DNA of 64,000 bases from Octopus sinensis (taxonomy: Eukaryota). The notes beneath the pieces were generated by a model. The model ran no database searches. It was not told the origin of the DNA and saw nothing but the letters and a program-made list of their open reading frames with translations. The stretch spans positions 15,066,001 through 15,130,000 of the forward strand of contig NC_043001.1 in NCBI RefSeq assembly GCF_006345805.1. The letters run 5' to 3'. The translations under genes and the position numbers were made by a program. Below are positions 39,105 to 50,277 of the stretch, piece after piece (the first letter of the stretch is position 1; each line of letters starts with the position of its first letter).

Positions 39105-39690
39105 CAAAGAAATCGTGTCAGCTACTGATGGTGGTGCAGCGTCTGTCGTGGCTGTGCAGGCCCACATGGGAGTGGCAGTCACATATATAGTGACTGCATT
39201 TGACAGAACCCTCTGCCGGTACTGCTGATTTTTCCTTTCATCGAGTGTGCTTTTCTTTGATGGTGAGTACCTGTTTATCTTCCTCTCGCTTCATTCCCTT
39301 TCGCAGTATTTGCTCCCAGTGTGGGCGATCATTTGCAACCACCTTCAATCTCAGGATGTCCAGATCAGGCGACTTCATCATCTCTCTTACAGACATCTTT
39401 GAAACAAAGATGAGGTCGTCCTCGTGCCAGTAGCCAATTCCTCATACTGGAGGTCTTTTGGGATCCTTCCATCTGGCATGCGATGAACATGACCGAGCCA
39501 GCACAAACAACGCTGCTGGAGCAAGATGTGTATGCTAGGTATCTTGGCTCGGTTGAGGACTTTGGTGTTGGTGATGAGGTCAGTCCATTTGATGTCCAAG
39601 ATGTGTCTTAAATTACAAAGGTGAAAGACATTGAGACACCACTCTTGTCCAGAGTAGAAGCTCCATGTCTCACTGCCATAAAGTAACATA
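39105..39690 (-). mobile_element. RTE-type (BovB-like) LINE 3' end with a degenerate C-terminal zinc-finger region
   Basis: LLYGSETW...LRHILDIKWTDLITNTKVLNRAKIPSIHILLQQRCLCWLGHVHRMPDGRIPKDLQYEELATGTR, then after a frameshift ...CDCHSHVGLHSHDRRC. Confidence 0.88.
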
Positions 39691-39695
39691 CACAT

Positions 39696-39731
<36 letters not shown>

Positions 39732-41953
39732 GAGAAGACCTGTCAAGCTAAGTGAAATCAGAGTCATGGCCAATGCAAGTGTCACATAACTGGCATGAAA
39801 AAAAGCACTCTTCAAACAATGGGCGATATGCCGTTCTTGGCATTAGGAAGGGCATCCAGCCATAGAAACCATGCCAAAACAGACTATTGAAACTTATCAA
39901 ACCATCCAACCTGTACCAGTATAGAAAACGGACGTTAAATGATGATATGATTATTAAATACTAAAAGGACAGTAATTATAGGATAATTAAGAAAGTCAAA
40001 AGATTTGTTATTAAAATTCTTTTGATTGGCAATATAACACAAGAGCATGTAGAAACTTTTGTGAATGCTGTGATTGATAAATAAAATAATGATGGTTCCG
40101 GGTTCAGTCCCACTGCGTGGCATCTTGGGCAAGTGTCTTCTGCTATAGCCCCGGGCCGACCAATGCCTTATGAGTGGATTTGGTAGACGGAAACTGAAAG
40201 AAGCCTGTCATATATATAACCCATGCTAGCATGGAAAACGGACGTTAAACGATGATGATGATGATGATGTATGTGTGTGTTTGTGTATTTGTCCCCCTAG
40301 CATTGCTTGACAACCGATGCTGGTGTGTTTACGTCCCTGTCACTTAGCGGTTCGGCAAAAGAGACCGATAGAATAAGTACTGGGCTTACAAAGAATAAGT
40401 CCTGGGGTCGATGTGCACGACTAAAGGCGGTGCTCCAGCATGGCCACAGTCAAATGACTGAAACAAGTTAAAAAAAAAAAAAAGGCTTTTCAACATTTGT
40501 TTGTTTATTCTTATTGGCTGCAAATTTATTCCAGTAAAGAATTTTTCTCCTCCTATAAAAAGACACTGACAAATAAAAAAAAAAAATTCTGTTGCCAAAG
40601 AAAATGAAATGATTAAAATCCAACCAGTACTAAGTATTAATGAACGTAGCTTGGTGAATTTAGATGGCTCTTACAACAGCAAATGTTTCAAAATATCAGT
40701 GAAAAGTTTTTTGCCGGTTTTGTTGTATGAAATACAACACAAGTGATAACAGCAACAAATTGGTAATTTTTGAATTATGTTCTGATAAAAGTCCTTTCAT
40801 GTGTTATCAAACAGGAAAATGGGTGTTTGATTTACATTGAAGTCGACTGACAATTTGATATATCAAATAAGTATTGTGTATCTAATAAGTTTCAGGATTT
40901 ACTACCAAAACTTCTGCAGAATATGCACAAATTTTGCAAAGCGTTGCAACATTTTTTTCAAAACTCACTGTAAAGAGAGAAAAATCTTTTGTTCCCATCA
41001 AAAGTGGTAGTTCTTGAAATTTATCTCATCCCAATTAACTGCAATACTAATTGTCTTACCAAGATAGAGTAACTATCTGTGCCAGCAAGCCATCTGACAG
41101 TCTATTATCACCAGGGCAAGGCAATATATGATGTCACTTACTGCAAACTATTGGTAAACAGGAACCTAATTGTCAATGTAGTATTTATTGTATCTTTCGT
41201 TGCTGTCTGCACTGGCCATTTCCTGTTCCCAGCTGCGAACTCTTGTATAGTAGATACATATTCATCTGTAAAGTGGTTGGTGATAGAAAGGGCCTAAACT
41301 GGAATGCACAGGACATGTGGTCCTTCAATCCATTTAGGTGGACAATAACTCCAAATGTGAATTGAGTCAGACTATGACAATCCATTCAACTCATGCTAAC
41401 ATGGAAAATAGACTAAAAATTTATACACACACATACAAACTTTTACAAAGGAAAGGTTGATTGTGACTTCAAAGTTTTGGCTTGTTCACCTTCATTATAC
41501 AATGCTTTACACGAGCTCTTTTTGGTTTTATATAGTCTGTGGCAAGATTTTTTTTTCTTTGTGGGTAGGTGGAGTTATTGGGGAAGTAGTTGTATAAAAA
41601 AAGGGGAGACAGAGGAGGAGAGGAGATAATAATAATAATAATAATAATTACTTCTACAACAGGCACAAGGCCTGAAATTTTGGAGGAGGGGTATAGTCAG
41701 TTACATCGATCCCAGTGCTCCACTGGTACTTATTTCATTGAGCCCAAAAGGATGAAAAGGCAAAGTTGACCTCAGTGGAATTTGAACTCAGAATGTAATG
41801 ATGGGTGAAATACCGCTAAGCATTTTGTCCAGTGTGCTAATGATTCTGCCAGCAAAGTCGACCCCAGTGGAATCTGAACTCAGAATGTAAGGATGGATGA
41901 AATGCTGCCAAGCATTTTTGCCAGCAAGCTAATGGTTCTGCCAAATGCCACCT

Positions 41954-41997
<44 letters not shown>

Positions 41998-42939
41998 CAA
42001 TGATAATAATAATAATAATCCTTTCTATTATATGCACAAGGCCTGAATTTTGGGGGTAGGGGGCTGATCAATTACATTAACCCCCAGTGCATAACTGGTA
42101 CTTATTTCATCGAACCTGAAAGAATGAAAGGCAAAGCTGACCTTGGCAGAATTTGAACTTAGAATGTACTGACAGACAGTGTGCTGCTAAGCATTTGGTT
42201 TGGCATACTCGTGATCTTTAACCATGATAATAATAATGGTAAAGAAAGTGGCAGGGGAGAGGGGATTGAAGGACTATAAGTTTAAAATGTGTGCATTTGA
42301 GTAAACAAATGTAAGTAAAAATTACACAATACATTAAGCAGAGTTTATAATATATTTATCAAAATCAGATTTTCACACTATGTCGTCAGTAAAAGCATTT
42401 ACCTGTAATTAGAGACATATACATGTGTGTATGTATGCATGTTTATACACACACACACAACACACTATATTGATTCTATTTGATCTGCATGACTTCTGCT
42501 ACAAACCAGTATAAATATTATGTTGTGTTTACATAAATTTTGATCCAGTAAAGTAAATTCCATTACTGTAGTAAACACATTTTCTCATATGCATAGATAT
42601 AAAACTTGAACTCTTCAATTTTCTATCATTTTTCAAAAAACTGACCTGTGCTGTAGACAATAATAATAAAATAATTATTTATGCTAAAGAAAGAAATATT
42701 TATCCGATCTAATGAAAAACTTTTACAAGCCTTTGTCATAAAAAGGAAGATTCTTTTATTAGAAAGTGATGTGTGGTATTCTCTGGAGAAAAATCCAAGA
42801 TGTTCAAATGCTGAGGTTGTTGGGGATTATGCAGCAAATAGTAAAAGAATAGGATTCAGTGTGAAGTGATATTCACATAGTAAATGAAGTCACTGTTGGT
42901 CCAGGAGGAAAGACCATTCTGATATTGTTCTTGTTAATA

Positions 42940-43193
42940 CAGTTCTATATTTAAGAGATGAGGAACTATGTACCTTATTTATATTATTTACATTTGACAG
43001 ATATTTGCCCTCATCTTGTTTGTTGCTAACACGTTTCAGCTGATATACCCTCCAGCCTTCATCAGGTGTCTTGGGGAAATTTCGAACCTGGGTTCTCATT
43101 ATGATATTATTATTCAGGTCACTGCCTGGAATTGAACTCAGAATCTTGGGGTTAGTAGCCCGTGCTCTTAACCACTATCCCATATGCCCATGG
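42940..43193 (-). mobile_element. tRNA-headed element with a hammerhead-like motif (single arm)
   Basis: Minus strand: ...ATAGTGGTTAAGAGCACGGGCTACTAACCCCAAG...GAGTTCAATTCC...GACAC CTGATGA A GGCTG...CAGCT GAAAC GTGTT...; terminus ...AGAACTG|TA. Confidence 0.8.
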
Positions 43194-46100
43194 TATTTCA
43201 AAGTATCTAAGGCAGTGAGGGGACAGAATCGTTAGCATGCCGGGCAAAATGCTCAGTGGTATTTCATTTGTCTTTACATTCTGAGTTCAAATACTACCAA
43301 AGTCAAATTTGCCTTGGTCGATGTCATTGACTTACCCCTCCCCCGAAATTGCTGGCCTTGTGTCAAAGTTTGAAATCAATATTTCAAAGTCTCTAATCAT
43401 ATCTTTAGTGGTTTATGTTATATTTCACATGCTATCTCTCTGCCATTAGTCTTCAAACATTTTCTAAAAAAACTGCTCAAATCTTAAAGCTAGATTTACA
43501 AATTTGATAATCCACTAAACTCACCATAACATTTATTGCAATTCTTTCATCAAATTAGTTTCATATTGAAGTATCAAGTTTCTCTTTCTCTATTATTCTC
43601 TTTTCTTTTCTATTCCAGGCACAAGGCCCGGAATTTTTGGGGAGGGGGCCAGTCAATTAGATCAACCTCAGTATGCAAACGGTACTTAATTTATCGACCC
43701 TGAAAGGATGAAAGACAAAGTCAACTTTGGCAGAATTTGAACTCAGAATGTAAAGACAGACGAAATACCTATTTCTTTACTACCCACAAGGGGCTAAACA
43801 CAGAGAGGACAAACAAGGACAGACAAATGGATTAAGTTGATTATATTGACCTCAGTGCATAACTGGTACTTATTTAATTGACCCAAAAAAATGAAAGGCA
43901 AAGCCGACGTCGGCAGAATTTAAACTTAGAACGTAGTGGCAGATGAAATACCGCTAAGCATTTCGCCCGGCGTGCTAACAATTCTGCCAGCTCAATGCCT
44001 TTTCCTGCCAGCTCGCCGCCTTAATTCATTATTCTCTTTCAACAGAGGACTGTCATTGAATCAATTCATGAATGAATCTTTCAAGCGTTTAGGTACATGA
44101 AGTAACTGACACTTCTTGTTCACAAGGTCTGCCATTCTAGTAGGGCAAAATATCTCCCCAACAGAGTCAAACTTTTTGGAAGGTATAATTAAAAGAAATG
44201 TAGCAGATGCAAATCCAAAGAACTTGACAGCACTGATAATAAGATCTTCCAACAACTTAAGTGGAATAATTCAAAGTAAACATCAACTCTACTAATCCCA
44301 TCCAGTTATCCTTAGATTAGGAATACCTCAAAAAATTTGCCATCTCCTCTCAATTACACAAAAGTATAAAGTTTCTGTTACGTTCTCATTAGCAGTGAAG
44401 GAGTGATGCAGTTGTTTTATTTTACGAAAATAAGGATATCGAAAGAAAAATATATAGCATATCACTGACTGAGGATAGGGTAATTCATTAGAGATTATTT
44501 CCCAACCATTTAAAATTTTAATTCATCAATTACATCATCATCATCATCGTTTAACATCAGCTTTCCATGCTGGCATGGGTTGGATGGTTTGATTGAGGGC
44601 TGGCAAGCCAGAAGGCTGCACCAGGGGGACAAATCAGATCTGGTAACGTTTATACAGCTGGATGCCCTTCCTAAAACCAACCACTCTGACAGTGTAGTGA
44701 GTGCTTTTTACATGTCCCTGGCACAAGAGCCAGTCAGGCGGCACTGGTGACGACCACGTACGAATGGTAATTTTTATGTGCCAATGGCACGGGGAGCCGG
44801 TCAGCTGGCACTGGTATCGACCACACTCGAATGGTGCTTTTTACATGTCACCGGCACTGACATTGACCATGCTTGAATGATGCTTTTTACGTGCCACTGG
44901 CATGGGTGCCAATCAGGTGGTACTGTCATCGGCTACAACAACAACTTCACTTGCCTCAACAGGTCTTTGCAAGCACAATTTATTGCCCAATGATTGAAGG
45001 GTACTCTTAAATGGGCTGGTTATACTGCACTGGCAAAGGTCACAGTTACAGTCTCACTTGGCTTGCCGGGTCTTCTCTTGCACAGCATATTTCCAAAGGT
45101 CTTGGTCACTTGTCATTATCTTGGTGAGGCCCAACGTTCGAAGGTCATGCTTCACCACCTCATCCGAGGTCTTCCTGAGTCTACCTCATCCCAATTTAAA
45201 TATACGTTGCTAATTTTTCGTAGCATTTTTGGCATTAGATGAGGACTCTTCTTATTAACTGATATGTTGCATTAGCAAAAGAGTGGAACTTAATAGCCAA
45301 GAATAGTTAAAGCCAGACATTAATGGCTTTAGTTTAATTTCCTCAAAAAAAAAAAAAAAAAAGGATTTGGACACTGAGAACAATAAAATTACCTGCATAT
45401 AGTGTAGGTGCAAGCACAGGCATGTGTGCAGAGGATGCAAGAACACCCAATAAAATTTTTGTGGGGGTGCAAAATCAAAATTTGTACCCCTACTTATTTT
45501 TCTCAGGTTTAGAAAACAGTGAGTAAAAAGGGATCTGTAAGAAGTACCTTGAATTAGTTTCTTCTCAAGGAGCAAAAAAACCCCCCAAAAAACATGACCT
45601 TGTTTGTAAAACATTTTGAGCTTGGGTTTCAACCCCTGAAACAAATTTTGTTCCTGAACCAGTGGGTACAAGTATGGCCGTGTGGTAAGGAAGCTTGCTT
45701 TTCAACCATATGGTTTGGGGTTCAATTCCACAGCATGGCAGCTTGAGCAAATTGAGTGGATTTGGTTGATGGAAACTGTAAGAAGCTTGTCATATGTCTG
45801 TGCGTAGCCATGTCTTAACATGTCATAATTGTAAATGAACATCATTATCATACAAGCAATGCCATTCATTTCCAGTCAGGCTATAGGGAAACCTTTCCTT
45901 GCTTAAAAACAAGTGAAGGATTGTGACAGGAAGCACATCCAGTCGTAGAAGATTTACATCAACACTTTCTGTCTGACCCATGCAAGCATGGAAAAGTGGA
46001 TGTTAAATGATTGCATTTAGTTTTATGGAAGTGATTGTGCTATTGTTGGGGTCAAATTCACTGATCCCTTAGCCACGTTTCTTCAACAATTTTATCAGGT

Positions 46101-47326
46101 GATGAAAACTTGAGTTAAACAAATTTACAGACCTTAACTGATAGAGTTTCCCTTGAGTAATTTTGAGCGTACATATGATCAAAAATGTTCCAGCTGTGAC
46201 CATCTGTTTATTCATACACATTGCAATTAGGGATGAATTATCTAAAATACCCTTTCTTTCTTCAAGATGGTAGGATGTGATTAGAAAGAGATTTAGTTGA
46301 TACTGTTAGCAGATCTTGTAACTATATATAGAGGCCCCTTTACTGGATCATCAATCACTATTTCATCATCATCATTGATGTCCTCCTTCCATGGGCTGGA
46401 TGGTTTGATGGGAGCTGGCCAGTAGGGAGCAAGCACCATGCTTCTGTGTCTGTTTTGGCATGGTTTTTATGGCTGGATGCCCTTTCTAATACCAACCACT
46501 CCATAGAGTGGGCTGAATGCTTTTTATGTGATACTTGCACATGTGAGGCCAGTTTTGGCATGGTTTTTACAGCTGGATTCCCTTCCAAATGCCAACCACT
46601 TTACAGTGTGGACTGGGTACTTTTTAAGTGGCACCTGCACTGGTGTGGTCATCAAGTGACTTTGTAAGACAAAAAGGGGACATTGGGGGAGGTGATCTTG
46701 TGTCAGATGATGGAAGATTAGAGTGTGACAGAGAGGCAGAAACAGTCCCAAATCAGCATTGAGAGAGCAAACATGATGAAAGACTTCCAAGCCATGACAT
46801 CACATCGTTTCTGTATTATCCAGTGTACCCTTTTGTGAAAATACTAGGGTATGGCTTAAGGAAACTTTGGCTGCTATTTCTAGCATACCAAGTAGCCATC
46901 TGGAGGTTCCGTTAGCTCATCCTTTCCTAGTAAATTTGAATGGTAAGCACCGAATGAGAAACTGAGAGGAGGCCTCGTTATTCTTCTTTCTATGATAATG
47001 GCTTACATGCTGATAAGAGAACTACTCTCTAATGCCTGGATTGAACTAGCTTCAGCTGTTAATTTCCACTCCTTTGTTCACACTGCTCATCAGTTATTTA
47101 ATTGCTTTATAAATAGTTTAAAATATCTGCATTAATAACACTGAAATAGCTGGCTTCTCTGCTTACCTTATTTTCCAATGTAATAAGCCGTTATATCAAG
47201 ATACCTAATAGTTTTGGATATTTTGCCAAAATTTTAGCAGCTTAGTCATAGTCCATCTCATCTTACTTCATAAATATCCAAACTTCTCACTGTTATCACA
47301 ACGAACACTGAGAATATTATTTAATA

Positions 47327-47354
47327 CTAGATTACTTGTGACCCGTTGGGTCAC
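47327..47354 (-). mobile_element. Helitron-type 3' terminus
   Basis: Perfect hairpin GTGACCC-GTT-GGGTCAC (47338-47354), 7 nt from a CTAG at 47327-47330 that is followed by T on the minus strand. The 5' end was not located. Confidence 0.6.
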
Positions 47355-49089
47355 CTGGAAAGTCTGAGTTTCCCAGCAACGGAGTTTTGTTTTGTGGGAT
47401 TTTTTCTTTTCTAGGTTATTTCACATGCTTTCAATGAATGTGACATCGAAATCACGTGTAAATGGCTCCTTTCCCCAGAAAAGGAAAGATTTGGCTGCTA
47501 TTTCTTGCAAGCCCTGCTACCATGTAACAGGTATTTCGGGTCCCTGATCGCAAATAACTGTTATGTGGTAGCAGGGCATGCTAGGAATAGTAGCCAAATC
47601 TTTGGAGCCGAGATACGTTGAATGCACTCGAAAAATTTTTTATAATGGTATTCCCTTGGGGTGATCTTTCGCTTTGACTCTCAGAACTGTCATCTGGATC
47701 AGTTGGTTTTGTTCATTAATTTCTGTAAATTGTTTTAAAGTAAAAGAGAGGAGAAAGTGAAAGATGTACGAACGTGTATATGAAATGGACGTGTGTGTGT
47801 GCATGTGTGTGAGAGAGAGAGTGTGCCATGTATGTTCCACACATACATGAGCTTGCTTACCAACCACATGGTTCTGTGTTCAGTCCCACTGCGTGGCAGC
47901 TTGGGCAAGTGTCTTCTACTACAGCCTTGGGCCGACCAAAGCCTTGTGAGTGGATTTGGTAGACAGAAACTGAAAGAAACCTGTCGTATATATGTATATG
48001 TATATATGTATATGTGTGTGTGTGTGTGTTTGTGTGTCTGTGTTTGTCCCCCACCAACATTGCTTGACATGCAATGCTGGTGTGTTTACATCCCCGTAAC
48101 TTAGCAGTTAGGCAAAAAGAGACTGATAGAATAAGTACTAGGCTTACAAAGAGTAAGTCCTGGGGTCAATTTGCTCGACTAAAAAAGGTGGTGCTCCAGC
48201 ATGGTCACAGTCAAATGACTGAAACAAGTAAAAGAATAAAAGAAAAAGACAGTATACTTCACATCTCTTCGAGTAGTATATCACCTGGGAAACAACCTTC
48301 TAAGCAATTCCTTTTAGGTTTTCCTAACTCCTCTACCAAAAGCACAAGAATAACTAAAAAGAGTGCAGTCCACTTCGGCTGGCTTATTTTTGGAGTAGTA
48401 TTTTATATATGTATTACTGTGTGCTTTTGTCTTTTGACAGGGTGGGGTGGAGACAAACTCAGAGACTGCCTTGGGAAACACAAACTCAAGTTACATTACT
48501 GATTGTAATTACTTTCAACTATCAACTTACAAAACTCTTTCACTCAGATTGCATTATTCAATCAAATTATATGTCAATATCAATGTGGTTAACTCAACCA
48601 CATACATCACCTGCTGTTTTTGCTTCCTGATGTCATATTAAAGTCTCTTGTACTTAAACTTCCTGGTAAGTTAATTAACATAACACATTTGACAAACCAA
48701 CTGGCTGCACTCAACCTGTTTCCATTGCTTGAGAATATTTGCATTAACTGTCCATGTTTCCCTGCCATACTGCAAGACATTTTATATACATGCTTCAAAC
48801 AGGCAACCATTTTATAAAGAGACAAAAACTCTAGTGACAGTAACCTAAACCTTAACTATCGCAAATTGAACACTATCACAAACTCTCCTTCCAGAACTGC
48901 ATTAAAATGCCACTCAAATAAGAAAACATGGTTGGCATCCTTACTGTCTCGGGAGACAATGGAGTTGCGCATAAAGTAGTCTAGTCCGGCTTTTATATTT
49001 CATGTCCTGATACATTTCCTGCTAAAAAATCCTCCGCATCAAATGGCAGAATCATATCCCCAACAAAGATGTCCTCAGGCAAGCAGGAA

Positions 49090-49250
49090 TACCAAGCATG
49101 TTTGCACTCCTCACACAAAGACGTATGAGATGGCTTGGGCATGTTAGCCGTATGAAAGATGGCAGAATCCCCAAGGACATACTCTACGGAGAGCTTGCTA
49201 GGGGTTACTAGGTCTGTAGGTAGACCGATCTTACGTTACAAGAAAACATA
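49090..49250 (+). mobile_element. RTE-type LINE C-terminal fragment
   Basis: Reads LTQRRMRWLGHVSRMKDGRIPKDILYGELARG. Confidence 0.85.
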
Positions 49251-49782
49251 GGATCACTGCTATTAAGAGAACTGACCGCTGTCCATTCTTGAGTCAACCT
49301 GTACTCCCCACACCCCTCAAGTTTTGGTTTCATATCTCTCATCATATAAGATCATAACTGTAGCACACCTTTTTGCTCTCTCTCTCTCTCTCTCTGTACG
49401 ATGCCTACAAGTGTTGGTGATCATGGATCTCCATGCCAGAGTCTGACAATTCAAGATTCTTCAAGGAAAGATGCAGATTTCAACCAGTTTATTTGGTTTA
49501 CTCTGCAGGTTCCCTGAGGCACAAAGTCTATTTAATCCTTAGGCAGCAGGAAATGATTCACAACATCAAAGCTTATCCACACACTAGTGGGCCTGTCAGG
49601 TATATTTAGGGGCCAGTCCTTCTCCAAGTCCAGTATGCCTCAGTCACTGAGTCATCTTCTGCTTTTTGACCCATAATCGAGGCTCTTGACAGATAGTGCT
49701 AAGGCCAAAGCAAATCTGGGAGTAGTGGTGACTAAATACTAATTCCATCCTTCCTCAAACTCCTGAACTCCCAAGTTGAATA

Positions 49783-50277
49783 CAATTCTATACTTAAGAG
49801 ATGAGGAATTATGTACATTATTTACAGGATATTTGTCCTCATCTTGTTTGTTGCTAACACAACATTTCAGATGATATACCCTCCAGCCTTCTTCAAGTAT
49901 CTTGTGGAAACTTCGAACCTGGGTTCTCGTTCCTAGGGTATTTTTTCGATGTTATTATTATTATTATTATTATTGTTAGTGTTCAGGTCACTGCTTAGAA
50001 TTGAACTCGGAATCTATGCCCATGGGCACATGGGCATAGCGGTTAAGAGTGCGGGCTACTAACCACAAGATTCCGAGTTCGATTCAATGCAGTGACCTGA
50101 ACACTAATAATAATAATAATAATAATAAAAGTAACATTGAAAAATACTTTAGGAATGAGAAACCAGGTTCGAAATTTCCACAAGACACCTGAAGAAGGCT
50201 GGAGGGTATATCAGCCGAAATGTTGTGTTAACAACAAACAAGATGAGGACAAATATCCGTCGAATGTAAATAATGTT
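49783..50277. mobile_element. Palindromic head-to-head dimer of a tRNA-headed, hammerhead-bearing element
   Basis: The left arm (minus) and right arm (plus) are reverse complements around the hairpin TATGCCCATG-GGCA-CATGGGCATA (50015-50038). The right arm has a tRNA-like head (50029-50097), then (TAA)n, then the hammerhead motif at 50184-50229. Confidence 0.88.
50184..50229 (+). ncRNA. Putative minimal type I hammerhead ribozyme (Penelope-associated type)
   Basis: GACAC|CUGAAGA|A|GGCUG-gaggguauau-CAGCC|GAAA|UGUU|GUGUU: stem I GACAC/GUGUU, conserved core, 5-bp stem II, and a loopless stem III. Activity is untested. Confidence 0.65.

Noticed and set aside
44061-44255. Protein-looking minus-strand ORF (MLEDLIISAVKFF...)
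   Set aside because: It starts at a non-ATG codon, has no convincing splice sites and shows no recognisable family.
50029-50097. tRNA-like sequences (also 8458, 6600, 27111 and others) as tRNA genes
   Set aside because: They lack complete acceptor stems and run into repeat bodies, so they are SINE-type heads.
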